Source: Cercozoa sp. M6MM (taxonomy: Eukaryota > Protista > Endomyxa: Ascetosporea). Taken from it: a stretch of DNA of 64,000 nt. The first letter of the stretch is position 1. Each line of letters begins with the position of its first letter. The stretch lies in NCBI GenBank assembly GCA_040357565.1, contig JBDODJ010000020.1. One strand, written 5' to 3'. Shown here one piece after another: positions 12,355 through 25,769 of the stretch. The notes beneath the pieces are model-generated. The model worked only from the letters and a program-made list of their open reading frames with translations, was not told the origin of the DNA and searched no databases. The translations under genes were made by a program, and so were the position numbers.

Positions 12355-12557
12355 ACTCCCAACTGTGTGTGAGTTCAGTTGCACTAGCGTCTGACTGCGG
12401 GAGTTCTAAGGGTACTAACGGAAAGCCTCCACACGCATTGCGACTATAGCAGCTGAATGTAAGGTATCAAGTGCCGTGCAGAGGGCAGAAGGCAGATTAG
12501 GAAGAGAAACAGGCCTTCATCGCCAGGCACAGCCAGAAACTCCGACGCGTCTTCTAC

Positions 12558-15500
12558 CTAGTCCTCGGCGTCGTTAAAAACGACGTCAACGGCAAGTCCG
12601 TCGGCCACAGCGAGCATCTCGGCCGCCAACTGGCGCACGTTAAAAACAAACTGCGGCGCCTGCGTGTCGTCCGCAGTTTTCTTGTTCCCCTTGCTCTTCT
12701 TGCCCTTTTTGCTCGTCTTGGTGCGTTTGGGCATCGAATACTCAAATGGAACTGGCGAGACGCGCTGTCTCACCTGTAGATGAAGAAAAACATGCATCCC
12801 CCAAGGGCAACAGCACACAAGTAGGAAACAAATGTACCGACGGGTCCACTGAAACGCCAATGAAGGCAGCACCGTTTCCGACCGTGGCGACGCCGAAACG
12901 GTCGACACACAGCGTACAGCAGTTTCCGAAAGAAGCGCGCAAGTCGCGCAGCACCAGCCACAGTGGGTCATAGCCCATCGTCGGCTGTGAAAATGGGTGT
13001 AAGCACTTGGAGATCAACAAATCACACTAAATTAAAGCACCGTTTGAATCTTGCGCTTCTTCTTGGCGAGAGCCTTGGACGGCGCCAATTTGAAGCCATC
13101 CTTGTCGGTGTCTGGTCGCTCTAAAAGGTTAGAGATAAACAGTCATGGAAATTAAAATTCAAGAAGGAATACCGACGTCTTTTGGCGGCAGCAGGTGCCG
13201 CTTGGCAGTCTTTTCGCGTCGTGCCGCACGCATGTGCAGACGACAGTCACTGTAGGGCACGGCACCATCGTCGCGCAGCACCAGCACCAGGTCGAAACGC
13301 GACGTGTCGCACTCAAACAGTGCCTGCCACTGCCGCACCTACAAAAAGCAAACATACGAGATTGAAGGGTGTGGTAAAAGACGTAGGGCAGTCGACCTGT
13401 TTCTTGCGTGACTTGGCGTCCAAGTCGCTGTTCTCTGCATCAAGATGCGCTTGCAACAGTGCGTCCACATGCGCCAGATGGCGCCGCGCTAATGTTTGCA
13501 CTCGCTCGAGTGCCGGCAAGGAAGGGCACGTCGACTGTGAGCACAACAAAGAATCCTACCAACAAAAACGTTGGAGCAAAGACATCTGGTACCGTCCAAA
13601 CCGAAGTGAGATCCTTGGGTGTCGCAATGAATGGTACACGACCCTGCATACACAGATACACTCAAAAATATGAGGTGTTATGGACATGGCCCTCAAAACT
13701 ATCTCAACACAGTCTCAACACCATTTGTACCTCCTTCTGAGCGAACTTTGTAAAATTCTCGTCCACTAAAAAACACAAGTGCATTTATGCCTCTTCTCTG
13801 CATTATATATAAAGCGACCGGTACCATCCTGTCGCATCTGCAAGTGTGTCTTGGTTCCAAACGTCATGTCCGTGCCTGTTATTCGCACAACACAGTCAAG
13901 AAACACGCATAGGTCAAAGAGAGGTAGCAATACCGGTGCGTGCGTCCAGAGACACCAACAGCGGCTCATGCAGCCAATCGTGCTCGCACAGCAAGCGCCA
14001 GAAACGTCGGAGTGCCTGAAGAGAGAAAGGGTTATGTACAGCTCCGAGTAGACACCTCGTCACAGTACTCTACCTGGACAGATGACACAGGTGGCGCACG
14101 GAAAGGCGCAGGCGACGTCCAAAGCGACATGACCATCAACTCGGCCGCTGCCTCGGAGAAGCCGGGCAAACGCTTTTTCTCTGCCACAAGGGAGACCGGT
14201 ACACTGTGGTATGGGGCAGGGGTATACAAGTGCAGTACCAGGTAGTACAGACACATCGAGCTCGTCGTTGCGCAGCAGCATGAGCTGTGAGGCGAGCCAG
14301 CGCTTAACGAGGCGCAGTGCCGCCGCCATCGTGGGCGACGCACCGCTCAGACCCGACACGGCACTGTCAGGGTACGAATGAACGAGGCTCACAACGGGCA
14401 AAATGAGTGTGTTGTACTTGGAGTGCAGAGGCCAATAGCGCATACGCCTCTCCATATCTTCGAAGGTGGGATTCTGCACAGCAAAAAAAAAAAAGAGTAA
14501 GGAATCAAAAAGGGATATGCAAAGAAAACTACCTCAGTAACTCGCAACAGCAGCAATTCTTGAGGCGCCAGCATCTGCACGCGGAAAGGCACGCCGTCCA
14601 CCAAGATGTCGCACCACTAGACGCACATACAGACATACACATACACAAGATACAGTAAAGGTGCACACACTTGAGTACCTGCAGGGCTGGCGTAGCAGGC
14701 CAGCGCTGACGACGACGCATCGCTTCAGCCATGCGCACGAGCAGCGCCGTCTTAAGGCGGCCCACCGCGCCGACATCCTCGGGCCAGCCACCGGCACTTT
14801 CGAAGGTGCTGTATCAAACATCCATACAAATATCCACACACCAACATATATATATATATAAATATATATATAGTACACTGCGACAGGCAGAGGCACGAGC
14901 GACGCCGTGCGACGCGACTGGTCGACCTGGTCGACCTGTCGCAGCGGAAGCGGCGGGCACACCGAAGCCTCGGCCAGCGCCGAGTCGCACAGACTCACAT
15001 CGACGACACGAAGCGGCAATGCTCCGCCGCACTCGGTGCGCAGTTCGTCCTGTCGAATGCAGGAAGATAAAGGAGCACCAACAGCTACATGAGCGAACAA
15101 AGTACCTTCAGGGCATTGAAAGCCTGCTTGATAGGTGAGAAACGCGGCAGCAAGGCGGCGTCAGTGGCAGCACACAGAACGTCCTCCTTCTCACTCTTCT
15201 TGTCCTCATTGTTGCTGTGCAGCACACTGGACAGGAGGGCAGTCATGCGCGAGGCGTCCAGTTGCAGGTGTCGCGACAGGATGTGACCTACATGAGGAGG
15301 GATGCCATATAACACTACTCCTCGTACACTTTGAGGCATGGGCAGTACGACAGATGGCGGCAGGCACAGCCACGGTGCCCTGCTGCTGCGCCACGTCATT
15401 CCACGACACCACGTGCCGCAGCGTGCCGTCGCTTTGGCGACACAGACGAGTGCGCGGACCCCAGAAAGCACGCCATTTGCGCACCTCGCTTTCTGTATAG

Positions 15501-18357
15501 CATATATACACATTATATGTACATACACACTATAATGTATATATATATATAAATATCCAAAGAGGGTAGGCCTGAGGCCTGAGGTCTGAGAGGAATACCA
15601 TTGTCCTTGTGCGGGGGCGGACCGAAATCCTGCAGCTGCCTGAGCGACAGTGCGTCCAACTGCAGCGCCACCTGCACGGAGGCGGCGTGCAAAAACTCGC
15701 CTTCGCACAGACTACGATCAGTGATCGGGACCACACGAGGGACCGGAACACTCCGCGTGGCCACCTGTCCCAACACAGTCCACGTGACACGTCCAGACAC
15801 GCTAACCCAGAAACCATCCCACTCAATGGAAATGTACCACGGTAGCACGCGTGCCCAGTGCACGCGTCAGCAGTGTGCACACACGCCGCTGCACAAAGGC
15901 CTGGTGCGCCTCTGCCGGTACAGGCGGCACGAAGGACTCGAATCCGCGCGGACACACGCGCAGCAGCTCGTCACACTGCGAGGCCAAGTCGACGCTTTCG
16001 TCAAAGAGCAGTTCGCTCTGAAGCACATACACATACAAACATACATACATACACATGAACACATACATACACACATACGTATACATGCAGACACACATAC
16101 GTACATACATACGTCCATACGTCCATACATACATACAGTGTAAGCCAGACGGTACCACTTGTGCAGGCGACAGTGTATCGGAGGCACGCAGCGTGTCATA
16201 GGCCGCACGTGCCGCCTGACGCAGCAGCTCGTAGCGCGCGTTCGACATGTGCGCCGCCAGATTGAGACACGTCTTGTTGCTGTGTGTTTACATCGGTAGG
16301 GTAAAGGTAGGGGAGATTAAGCGCATGAAGGTTGGGAGTACCCATCGAGATCAAAGTCGACCGAGCACAGTAGCGTAGGTGCATGCAACTTTAGTGACTC
16401 GGCATGCCGTTGTGCATGCGCCTTGTGGGCAGGACTATCGCCTGCAGGAAGTAGCATACATTTGCAGACACATACAGGCAAGGTCAAGGTGTATGGAGGC
16501 ACAAGGCAAAAGGCCAGCAGCGGTACCGCCGAGGTGCAGACCCTTGGTGCCCCAGTGTCGCTCGGATGCCAACGTCTCCATCGTCATGCGCACACACTAA
16601 TGGGGAACGTAAAGGAGTACAGAAGGAAAAGAAGGAACGTACCTGCAGCAGCGACATGTGCGGCAGCAGCAGCGACCGCGCTCGCAGGAACGCGACGACA
16701 CAGGCAAGCATCGTGCCTGTCATACCGTCCTGCGTGTACAGAACATTGTACAAATGGACAAACACAGGTACAGACAAACACAAGTGTACCAGTCCGTCCA
16801 GTTCGCGTCGTCGTAGCCACACCTTGAGTACCTGCACGCACTGAAGCAGCACGTTCCTACAACGGGGAGGGAGGGTAAGGTATACCCAGGAGAGCTACAC
16901 AGAAGATACGGAGTGCTGTCAGCAGGATTGTCCTCTTCAGGCAGTAATGCGTCGGCCAAAAACTGGTGCAGCGGCAGTGCCAGCACGTCCTGCAGCACGA
17001 GTGTGTTGTGCACACTCGCGTCCTGCTTTTCAACTCGCCTGTCGGAACAAGGTATACAAACAAATGGCGCAGAAAAGATAGAGTGGCCTACTTGGCACGT
17101 GTCGACACATTGCGCGTACGCAAAGTTTGTCCACTGAGGAGAAAGAGTGACAGAGAAACGAACAAGAGGAGGAAACACAAGCTACGCCTTGTCGTCCTTG
17201 TCGCCGCCCAACGTGTCTTGGTCGAAAGCGAGACGTGATAGGTCCAGCACACGCTGCTGCTGGCGTTGCTTGCCACCTGTGCAACATGAGAGGGCTGGTA
17301 AGACCATACAAGGAACGAGACTGAACGTACCAACAAATGCATTTAACGGCAGCACAGGCAGCACGCGAATCGTCGTTGCTTTCGCTTGCTTGGTGCGACG
17401 ACGCGTCTTCTTGTCGGACCAGCCCTTTGGACAGCGAGTGAAGTGTAAAGACAAAAGACACAAGACAAAGCAAGAAAACAAAGGCGATGTGTACCAATTT
17501 CTGTTGCACAGCAGAAGCGCACGCAGTCCACACTGTCTCGGTAGGAGTGACCACCAGACATGGCTTCCACTCGCTGCCGCCGAACGGGTGCGTCAGCGAA
17601 ATCTGCCACTCAGCGTCACTCGCATCACTCTGCGACAGATGCTGCGCCAGTGCGTGCAGCCACGCTGCGCGCTTTTCCAGGTACCGAAACTTGAGGAACT
17701 CACTGCGCATGCACCATACTGACCTGTCACAGTCCACAAATGTGCATCGTACCGCTGGAACAACATGTCGGCGCTGATTTCGACAGCAACATCGACGTTG
17801 CGTCGGTTGCCCTGCAGGCATACAAGTGTTCAACGATACAGACAATTGTTTTATCTGTCAATACAAGAATCACGCACCATGTCAATGTCACAGCCGAGTG
17901 CGTAGGAACCAATCACGTCGACAGCGGCCGGCGGTAGCGTTCGGAACACGAGTGGCTGCGACCGACGCAGCGGCACACCTGTCGGAGAGGGAAACCAGAA
18001 GGAGAATAACATGAGTACAAAATAAACAGAGTAGAAAAGGCGTACCACAACGAGCTTGATTGGTTTGCGTCGTGAGTTCCTGTTCCGGCATGCTTTCGAG
18101 GTGTGTCTACAAACACGACACTCACCATCGCAGTGCGTCACATACAGGCGGATGCATACCTTAATCTGACGCAGAACTGCATCCAGCACGGGGTTGCGCG
18201 ACACAGCGACGTCTCGCAACAGATCGCGCGCATTGTCCTGTCCCCAAGAAATCCATTATTCAACCAGCCCACACAGCCCATACACCATGTGAACCTCAAA
18301 TATGATGTTGCGCGCCACTGTGACATCCGCCACGTCATCTAGCATAGGTTCACTCAT
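12558..18357 (-). CDS. NOL6: Nucleolar protein 6 / Utp22 (Nrap family)
   Basis: VIGSYALG, FRYLEKRAAWL, HNTLVLQD, LKVWLRRR, WRAFWGPRTRLCRQSDGTLRHVVSW, RLKTALLVRMAEAM, LRLVKRWLASQL, FDWLHEPLLV in Nrap order. Confidence 0.92.
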
Positions 18358-18524
18358 CGTGACGCACGCTCACGGCGTCTGTGATACGGTGTGGCTGGCG
18401 AAGTATTAATTATTACAACAAAAATAAGCATACCAGCGCTCCTATAGATTTGTGCTGCCAGATACTAAATATGCCAAAAGCCTCGCTTTAAAGAGTCATT
18501 TTTACTGTCTTGTTTGCTCTTAAA

Positions 18525-19419
18525 ATGTATACACTGGTGTCAGCAATGGCATCATCTTGGTGTGAAAAACGCCAGGTGAATGTGCTCGTTCTGGGCTTGG
18601 ACGCCGCTGGAAAGACCACGCTGTTGGAACGCTGCAAGCAACGACAGAAAAAACAAGTGGAGGTGTGGGAGTCTGCCTTCCATTGGCAGATTGGGAAACT
18701 TGGTGTGTGCAGACTGAGGCAATGAGGTTACGACTGCAAACGCTGCCACCCACGATTGGTCTCAACGTTGCACGCGTCACATGGAAGAACAAGGTACCTG
18801 AAGCTGTTGTGCGTGTGTTATCAGCAAGAGTTTGTTGTTGTGTAGGTTAATCTGACACTCTGGGATGTGGGCGGTCAATCGGCAATTCGTCGGATCTGGG
18901 ACAAGTACTTTGATGACGTGCATGCTGTAATCTTTGTCGTTGATGCCTCGGACAGCGAACGGTTTGGCGAGGTCACTTTTTTAGCAGGTTTTGATCAGTC
19001 TGCTCTTAGTTCCTTTGTTGTCTAGGCCAGAACTGAGCTGCACAGGATAGCTTCCCATGAGAAACTCGCACAAGCACCGATACTAGTACAACCGCCTCAA
19101 AGCAATGATTTGACACTGGGTGTAGAGTTGTCCAATTGTAGGTGCTGGCGAACAAAAGCGACTCACCACATGCCTGCTCGGCTGAAGAAGTGATGCGACA
19201 CCTAGATGACCAGGTACTCAGCTTGTGCTCACGCATTGGCATGTCATGTGTTGTGTTTAGCTCTTGGTGTCTGAACACGAGGATGCCGAGGTAGCTGCAC
19301 GTGCCTCTGCCGCACTGCTCGATGTCGGCGTGTCTGAAGCGCTAGATTGGGCTGCGTTCCCGCCATCGACACCGACGATGCCGCTTAATGTTGCTCCTTG
19401 TGTTCACTTCATTTCATGA
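18525..19419 (+). CDS. ARFRP1: ARF-related small GTPase ARFRP1 / Arl3p-like
   Basis: N-term MYTLVS, GLDAAGKTTLLE, PTIGLNV, LWDVGGQ, IWDKYF, IFVVDA, LANK. Confidence 0.88.
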
Positions 19420-19728
19420 TGGTGCGATGTGTAATCCGGCCGATGGTGATTTGATCCAGTCGAATCGAATCGAATTCGAACGGAACCGAATAGGTTGAAT
19501 CAACCAACGCAAGTTCCGTTCATTGGCCACTGCGTCTACATGCGATGCGATGCGCAATAGCTGAGCTAAGTCGAGTTGAATCGGCGAATAGAACGGATCA
19601 AGTAACGTAACGTAACTTGCCGTCCAGCGCAGCGGGTACCCAGATCATGACAAACTATTTAAGTCTTGGCTAGTACTACCTACTTGCCGGCCGATTTCGC
19701 TCGGCTTGCGTCACCGTTGCACTGGCAC

Positions 19729-20834
19729 TTAATCGGAGTCAGAGTCGCTGTCCGACTCGGCGGTGAAGTCAAAGGATGCAAACACGCGCTTCAGAGCTTC
19801 CGCATCGGCCGCCTCTTCCTCCCTGTCAAAGCAGACGGATACAGGGCACACAACACGTCAATGTAACACACATCTGACAAAGCACAACGTACTTGGTCTG
19901 CTGGCAGTTCTGCCAAAGAATTCGATCCGGGCGCTTTAGTACATCTGCAGTGGCGAATAATAATGCCAGGAGGGCAGGTATGGTTGTATAGATACACTTA
20001 CCACGACACAAAAGCTCGCGCATGATTTGGACTTGCACGCGCTGGTGCGGCGGAATGCGATATACGAGCATATCGGCGTCGGCATCAGACAGGTCGAACC
20101 ACAAGTAGGGCGAGTCACCCACAAAGGCATGCCAAGAGGCGTCCACACCAGCGGGTGCCTCCTCTGGCTGCGCAGGCGGCGCCACCAGCGGAACACCGCG
20201 TTCATCGCTCGCACGCATCAGTGCATCCCGTGCCGACTTAAGCGACACTCCGGAAGGCAAAGGAACGCACTCGATAAAGCCATGTGCCTACATGGTCCGC
20301 TGAACGGGTTTGGTGTACATGTAGCAGCGATTATGGTACCTGGTTTCGGGTGGGAATGTGACGCTCATAGAAGATACACTGACGCTTGCCACCTAAGGGC
20401 AGTTAAGTTGAGACGTAAAGGGCAAAGGGGCGTACAAAGGCTACACACCTGCCTCGGAGGCAAACATCTCACGCAACGCATCCATAAACTTGCGCATCTC
20501 GTCTGCTCACACAAAGGCATAGATACAGTAGACATACGCTGTAGAGCATGCAGAAGTACCCTGAGTATCTGCAGGTGCCAAGGCAGAAGCAGGGGCGTGA
20601 CTGTGTAGGAATAGATAGAAGAACAGAGAGGATGGGAGTGGAAAGGCAGAAGAGTACAGCATAGGCATGATGAGGCAGTGGCCGGTGAGCAGCGGGCCCT
20701 TGGGCACGGCGACGTAGGCCTTGTCGCCCAGCGCCACCACCATATGCGTCTCGAAGGACGGACTTGCCAGACAGAACCAGCACTCACGTCGTTGCTGTAT
20801 GACAGACACACACACATATATACACACACGCACA

Positions 20835-20873
<39 letters not shown>

Positions 20874-22887
20874 AACACACACACACGCGCGCGATCAAAC
20901 GCAGAAAAATAGTATAAGTAGGATGATACGCTGTAAACACTGAGGTGCTGCTTGCGCTCCTGTGCCATGGAAACACCACGTTCACGGTCACGCTCGCGCT
21001 GCTCTACCACGGCAGCGTCGACGTCGAACCTGTTGTAGCCTGTGTTGCCTGCACAGCTCGATAGACTAAGACAGGGCATCAAGGATCAAAGAGGTTAAAG
21101 CACCCTCGGCAGGAGTTGCCTCGTGCCGCACCAAACGACGTCGCTTCTCTTGGGGATGCACGTTGCTACATACCCAACAGGCAGTTTTAAAAAAATAAAA
21201 AAAGAGGCCGGATGTGTCACTTTTGACGTGCAGGAACGGTGCGCTTGGCGTCGAAAGGACACGGCGTCGCGTCCGCCGGGACGCTGGAATTGACCTCGTC
21301 GGGTGACATCTCCGACAGCGGCGTCAGTGCGAGTGCCATCATCCACTTGGCCTTGCTCTTGTTGCCGACTGGCGCGAGTGACACCAAGCGGCCCGTGTGT
21401 GCACGCTTGTTCCATCTGGGGAGGAGTAAAGGGACAAATGGGTAAGGGATAACTGGTACCGCCAAGGCGCCGATTCAAAAGTGTGCGTCTCAAGCGGTGC
21501 CTATGAGAAAACAACTTTCCAGTTCGCGGATACTAAAAAAAAACGACTGAACCTGCTGCTGCGTGACGTCGTTTTCGGGGGCATCCGCCGGTACAAAGGC
21601 ATGCAAGGCGAACTGACCAACAAAGTGGTACCGCGGACACAAACGGCGACACAATTGTGCGCCCTACGATCAGACAGGAGAGGGAAGGAGTGAACAAGCA
21701 TAGAGGACGAAAGAGATAGCAGAAAGGTACCACAGCACTGCCGCGATGACGCGTGCGTTCGTCGATACCGGGCGGCAGCTCACCTGTAACGTGGGGGGGT
21801 GCTGTGGACACAACGCAAACGTGTTATTGTACTCAGCAACGAGGCCCAACGACGCGGCCACTCTGACGTCAGAAGAATGTCCACTACCAGGCAACGTTTA
21901 TTTGTCTATAACTAACATACTGTCACTGTACCATCAGGTCCACTCTGGTGCAAGGCGGGCCAGTTGATGCCTTCCTGCGAGCACAACATTATAAAATGTA
22001 CATATACATCGTTACACCATCACTGATGCTGGATGACACGGTACGAAACTGTGGAAGAGCGCCGACTTGACCGCCTCGCTCTTGGCGGCTTCGTCGTCTG
22101 CAAAAAGGAAAGGTGTTCCCTAAATATCTCAATATGGGGCATGAAAAGCACCCTGCAACCCGGCGACCATTTCGGCCGTGATTCCTGGCAGTGCGTCTTG
22201 TGTTTCCTTCTGCTCAACAAACAATGTACACTTTAACCGACCCAACGAGCTTTGAGCAAGTGCATACCGGTGTGTCCGCGCGGAAGACGCCTGATAGGAA
22301 GGCAACGGAAAGTCCCGCGATGCGACGGGACCCACAACGTCCCAGAAAGTGCAAATTCTTGCACACTTCTCGGTCTGCTCGCAAACCAAACATACGCTGC
22401 GGTGTCCTCAGAAGCCTGTAAAGCGGTAGCATACCTTGCTCCAAGCTGTCTTTCAGGAGCGCTCTGCCCAAGACACGCTGGACTGCGGCATGCGACACTT
22501 GCTCTTCGCCGAGCACAAAGTACGTCGGCAAAGCGTAGGGCTACACATGCCCGATATGCTTTAATCGTTAGCCTTTTCAATGATGGAGAAAAGCGAAACC
22601 TCCTCGGTGGCGTTATTGCAATGCAAGTCCTCCTCATCGACATGCTCGCCAAAGAAACGGCCCTGACCAGAGCAAAACATGCAGTTTATGGCTAGTTGAG
22701 AAGGAAAGGTTGAAGCTGATACCACGCAAAACACTGCCTTGATGTTCTTCTTCTTCAATGCAGCCACGCGTTTACGTAGCTTGCCAAATGCACCACGGAC
22801 ATCTCCCACAACGGCACTGTGGCGAAATACAATAAACACAGGGTGAAAAACTTATTCAAACGCAAATTACAAGGTCACTGGCGCCAT
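19729..22887 (-). CDS. CWF19L1: CWF19-like protein 1 (Drn1), lariat debranching cofactor
   Basis: N-term metallophosphatase-like VVGDVRGAFGKL, NLHFLGRCG, IAGLSG; C-term CwfJ CWFCLASPSFETHMVVALGDKAYVAVPKGPL. Confidence 0.9.
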
Positions 22888-23326
22888 GCTATCGTACACA
22901 ATACACAGCACAGATGACGCACACACCGCCAATCACACGAAATGCGCAAATCTCGCTTAATTCCGATTTGGGTTTGCTGTGGAAATATAGACACAAATTA
23001 TCAATGTAATTTTTGTTTTAACTATTTGAATGGTGATTGGTGACTCTGACATTTTTCTGCGTGTACAAACTTCATCTCAGAACAACATGCAAGACGCCTG
23101 TAACTGTCGTCAATAGGGCTGAAATCGTCGAGAGCGATAGCGCGGCCGCAGTGCACGGATGACGACCTTGTTTGACTGTGTAGCCCAAGCTTTCATCCCG
23201 GTGCTACGCGAATAAAGTTACCAGTTGCAATTCCTGTGGCAGATGTACGGATGTGTTGCCGCAGAGGAAGAAGTTTGCTCCTGGGTCATGATGAAATTGA
23301 CACAGCGAACGACATGTGTCGCCGCG

Positions 23327-23778
23327 CTACACAACAACAATTGGCGACGCGCCCGGCATGTGCGGACTCTGTACAGTACGATAGCGTACCCCGAGCTCGT
23401 AGAATTCATCGCAGACATCGTCCATAAAGCGGCTTGAGAAGTTCGACTCGATGCCCGTCTGTTCGGACCAAGCATGTTGAGAAGACCAAGGGGGAAAAAT
23501 GAAAGGACCACGCATTCAGCAGTCTGACGGCCATCCAGCTTGCAGGAAAACCAGTAGGGACCCATTGGGTTGACTGTGTAGTTGCCAGCGCATTGTCGGC
23601 ACTTGTCGATGCAAAACTGGTCCCACATCTCCTCCAGCGGCACGAAAGGGTAAACTCTAAACGAACGACAACGGCGCGCATCGTCTGGACTTGTAATCCG
23701 CATCGCATTTGGACGGCATGCGAGTCCCGGGTGCGCCAGGAGGAAAAGTACCACCAGAATGGCACTGCGTCGTATCAT
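23327..23778 (-). CDS. Small secreted cysteine-rich protein (~132 aa, 2 exons)
   Basis: Signal-peptide-like MIRRSAILVVLFLLAHPGLA; GT-AG intron 23459-23511 joins TAEC|TGIE; 8 Cys; NYT and NFS sequons. Confidence 0.65.
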
Positions 23779-24388
23779 TCGCTGTGATCGTGCTAGATCC
23801 GTGGCATAAAATGACGCACACTACACGGTGCACACTGCTGTATGCTTGTACAATGGACCCACGTGCAGAGGCTCCGATCAGATGATCTGTTTTTGCTGAT
23901 CGACAAAACCCAGTCCGTGATTGGCGGTTGGTCACACAAGCGCATGGGTTGCACTTGGCTGTGTTTCTTACTTGCCACCAGGCTAGAGTGCTGCTGTAGC
24001 TTTTCTCCCACTAGACCTGCACAGGTGTTTTGTCTAGCGTTTTTTATTTTTCGCCGACTGCCGATATGGGAACCCTTGAGCGAGCTTTGGCCGCACTCTC
24101 TTGATTGCCGCAATTGCTTTGGGTGCGTGCGCGCCTGCCTGTAGTTCCGTGTCCGTGCTGTGCTGGCAACAACTCTGGTTTTTGCTTTCAACTATTTTTG
24201 AGTTGCGCGCATTCTGGCAGCTCTTGCTTTGTTTTGTGCTCTTTTGCTCTTTCACGCTCGAACTGCTGCGAGGTGAAGAGAACTTTGCGCGATTTCTTCC
24301 AAAACCGCTCATATGAGCTTCTTAACAATCTGCATCGCTTTAGCTTTAGTGCTACCTTGCTATGAGTATGCTTGTGCATAGACGACCG

Positions 24389-25675
24389 ATGTCTTCAACC
24401 TCGTCGGCAATGAACGCCGTGCCTGTACGTTGCAAAGTGCTTTGAACTCTGTCCATTCACACATAACTCTCTGCTGCAGAAGAAGAGCAAGGCGACGGCC
24501 GAGTCGCGCCGAAAAATCGCTGAGATTCGCGTTCTGCTGCGCGACGTTTTCGCCGAAGTTTGTTTTCTTGTTTTTTGTTCCTTGTTGTCTGTGTTTGCAC
24601 CTGTTTATTGATTGCGCTCTCCTGTAGGCTGAAGTGCGCAACGTTGAATGCCTGCCGCCCAACCGTGCCGTTGTCGAAGAGCTCAAGTATTCGACTTTGA
24701 ATAAGTGCCGCTGTTATTCCAAATAAATCGAATTTTGCTAAACAGTAGCAAGCGGCGTCCTCGGCGTGCTCGCAGCACCGACTCGCTTGCGTCTGTTGAG
24801 GATGAAGTGGTGTCTTTTACCGCATACACGCTTTAAATATGTACGAAGTTCGCAATTGTGATAGGAACGCGAAGAAGCAATTGCGCCAAAAAAGTCAAAA
24901 ACGCCCACCGAAAAGCGCGTTCGCATCGCCGAACCTCCATCCACCAGACAGGTCAGTTCGAACGAAAAGGAAGAGTCGGCCACTTCGGTACCTTCATGTT
25001 TATGCGCTTTGCACGTGAATCTGCATGTACCGTGTTGCTGCAGCTGAAAACTTCAAACGCCAGCGAAGCCGAGCATGAATTGGCGCTGCTTCAAATCGCA
25101 TCCGACATGCCGCTGTCGCGTGCGTTCGACCGCCTTATCTCGGCCGGCGTGCGCTCCGCGCCAGTTTGGGTGTGACCCCACTATTCTATGGCAGCCAGGC
25201 ATCCGTGGAACCTGTAAATTGTTTGTAGGACGCGTCAGCGCAACGCTACGTGGGTTTCCTTGACGTTCGCGAGCTTGTGAGCTTCGCCTACATCGAGCGC
25301 GATACGGCTGATGTCGTGGCGCGTCTTCCAATGTGGCGCCGTGCTGTGGTTTGTTTTGTTGTTTTTAGTGCCTCCTGGCATTCCATGTTTGTGTATGTGC
25401 TTTGTGGTTGACAGCTTCAAATTGCAAGCAAGCTGCGCGGTGAGAAGGACACGGCAGGCGGTTGGTCGCAGCTGCGCCCGATACAGTGGGTGCTGCGTGG
25501 TTCGCCCTTGCTCAAGGCCGCCGAACTCCTCGTACTCTTTGAGCAAGCACGCACCCAGCTGTGCACTTATTTGCTTTATTTGTACGTGTATATAGGCCGA
25601 CGATGCGCACCGTATCGCCGTTCTGGACCGACCTCTAAAGTCGGTATTTGCGCACTGGCATGTGTATTTGTGTTT

Positions 25676-25769
<94 letters not shown>

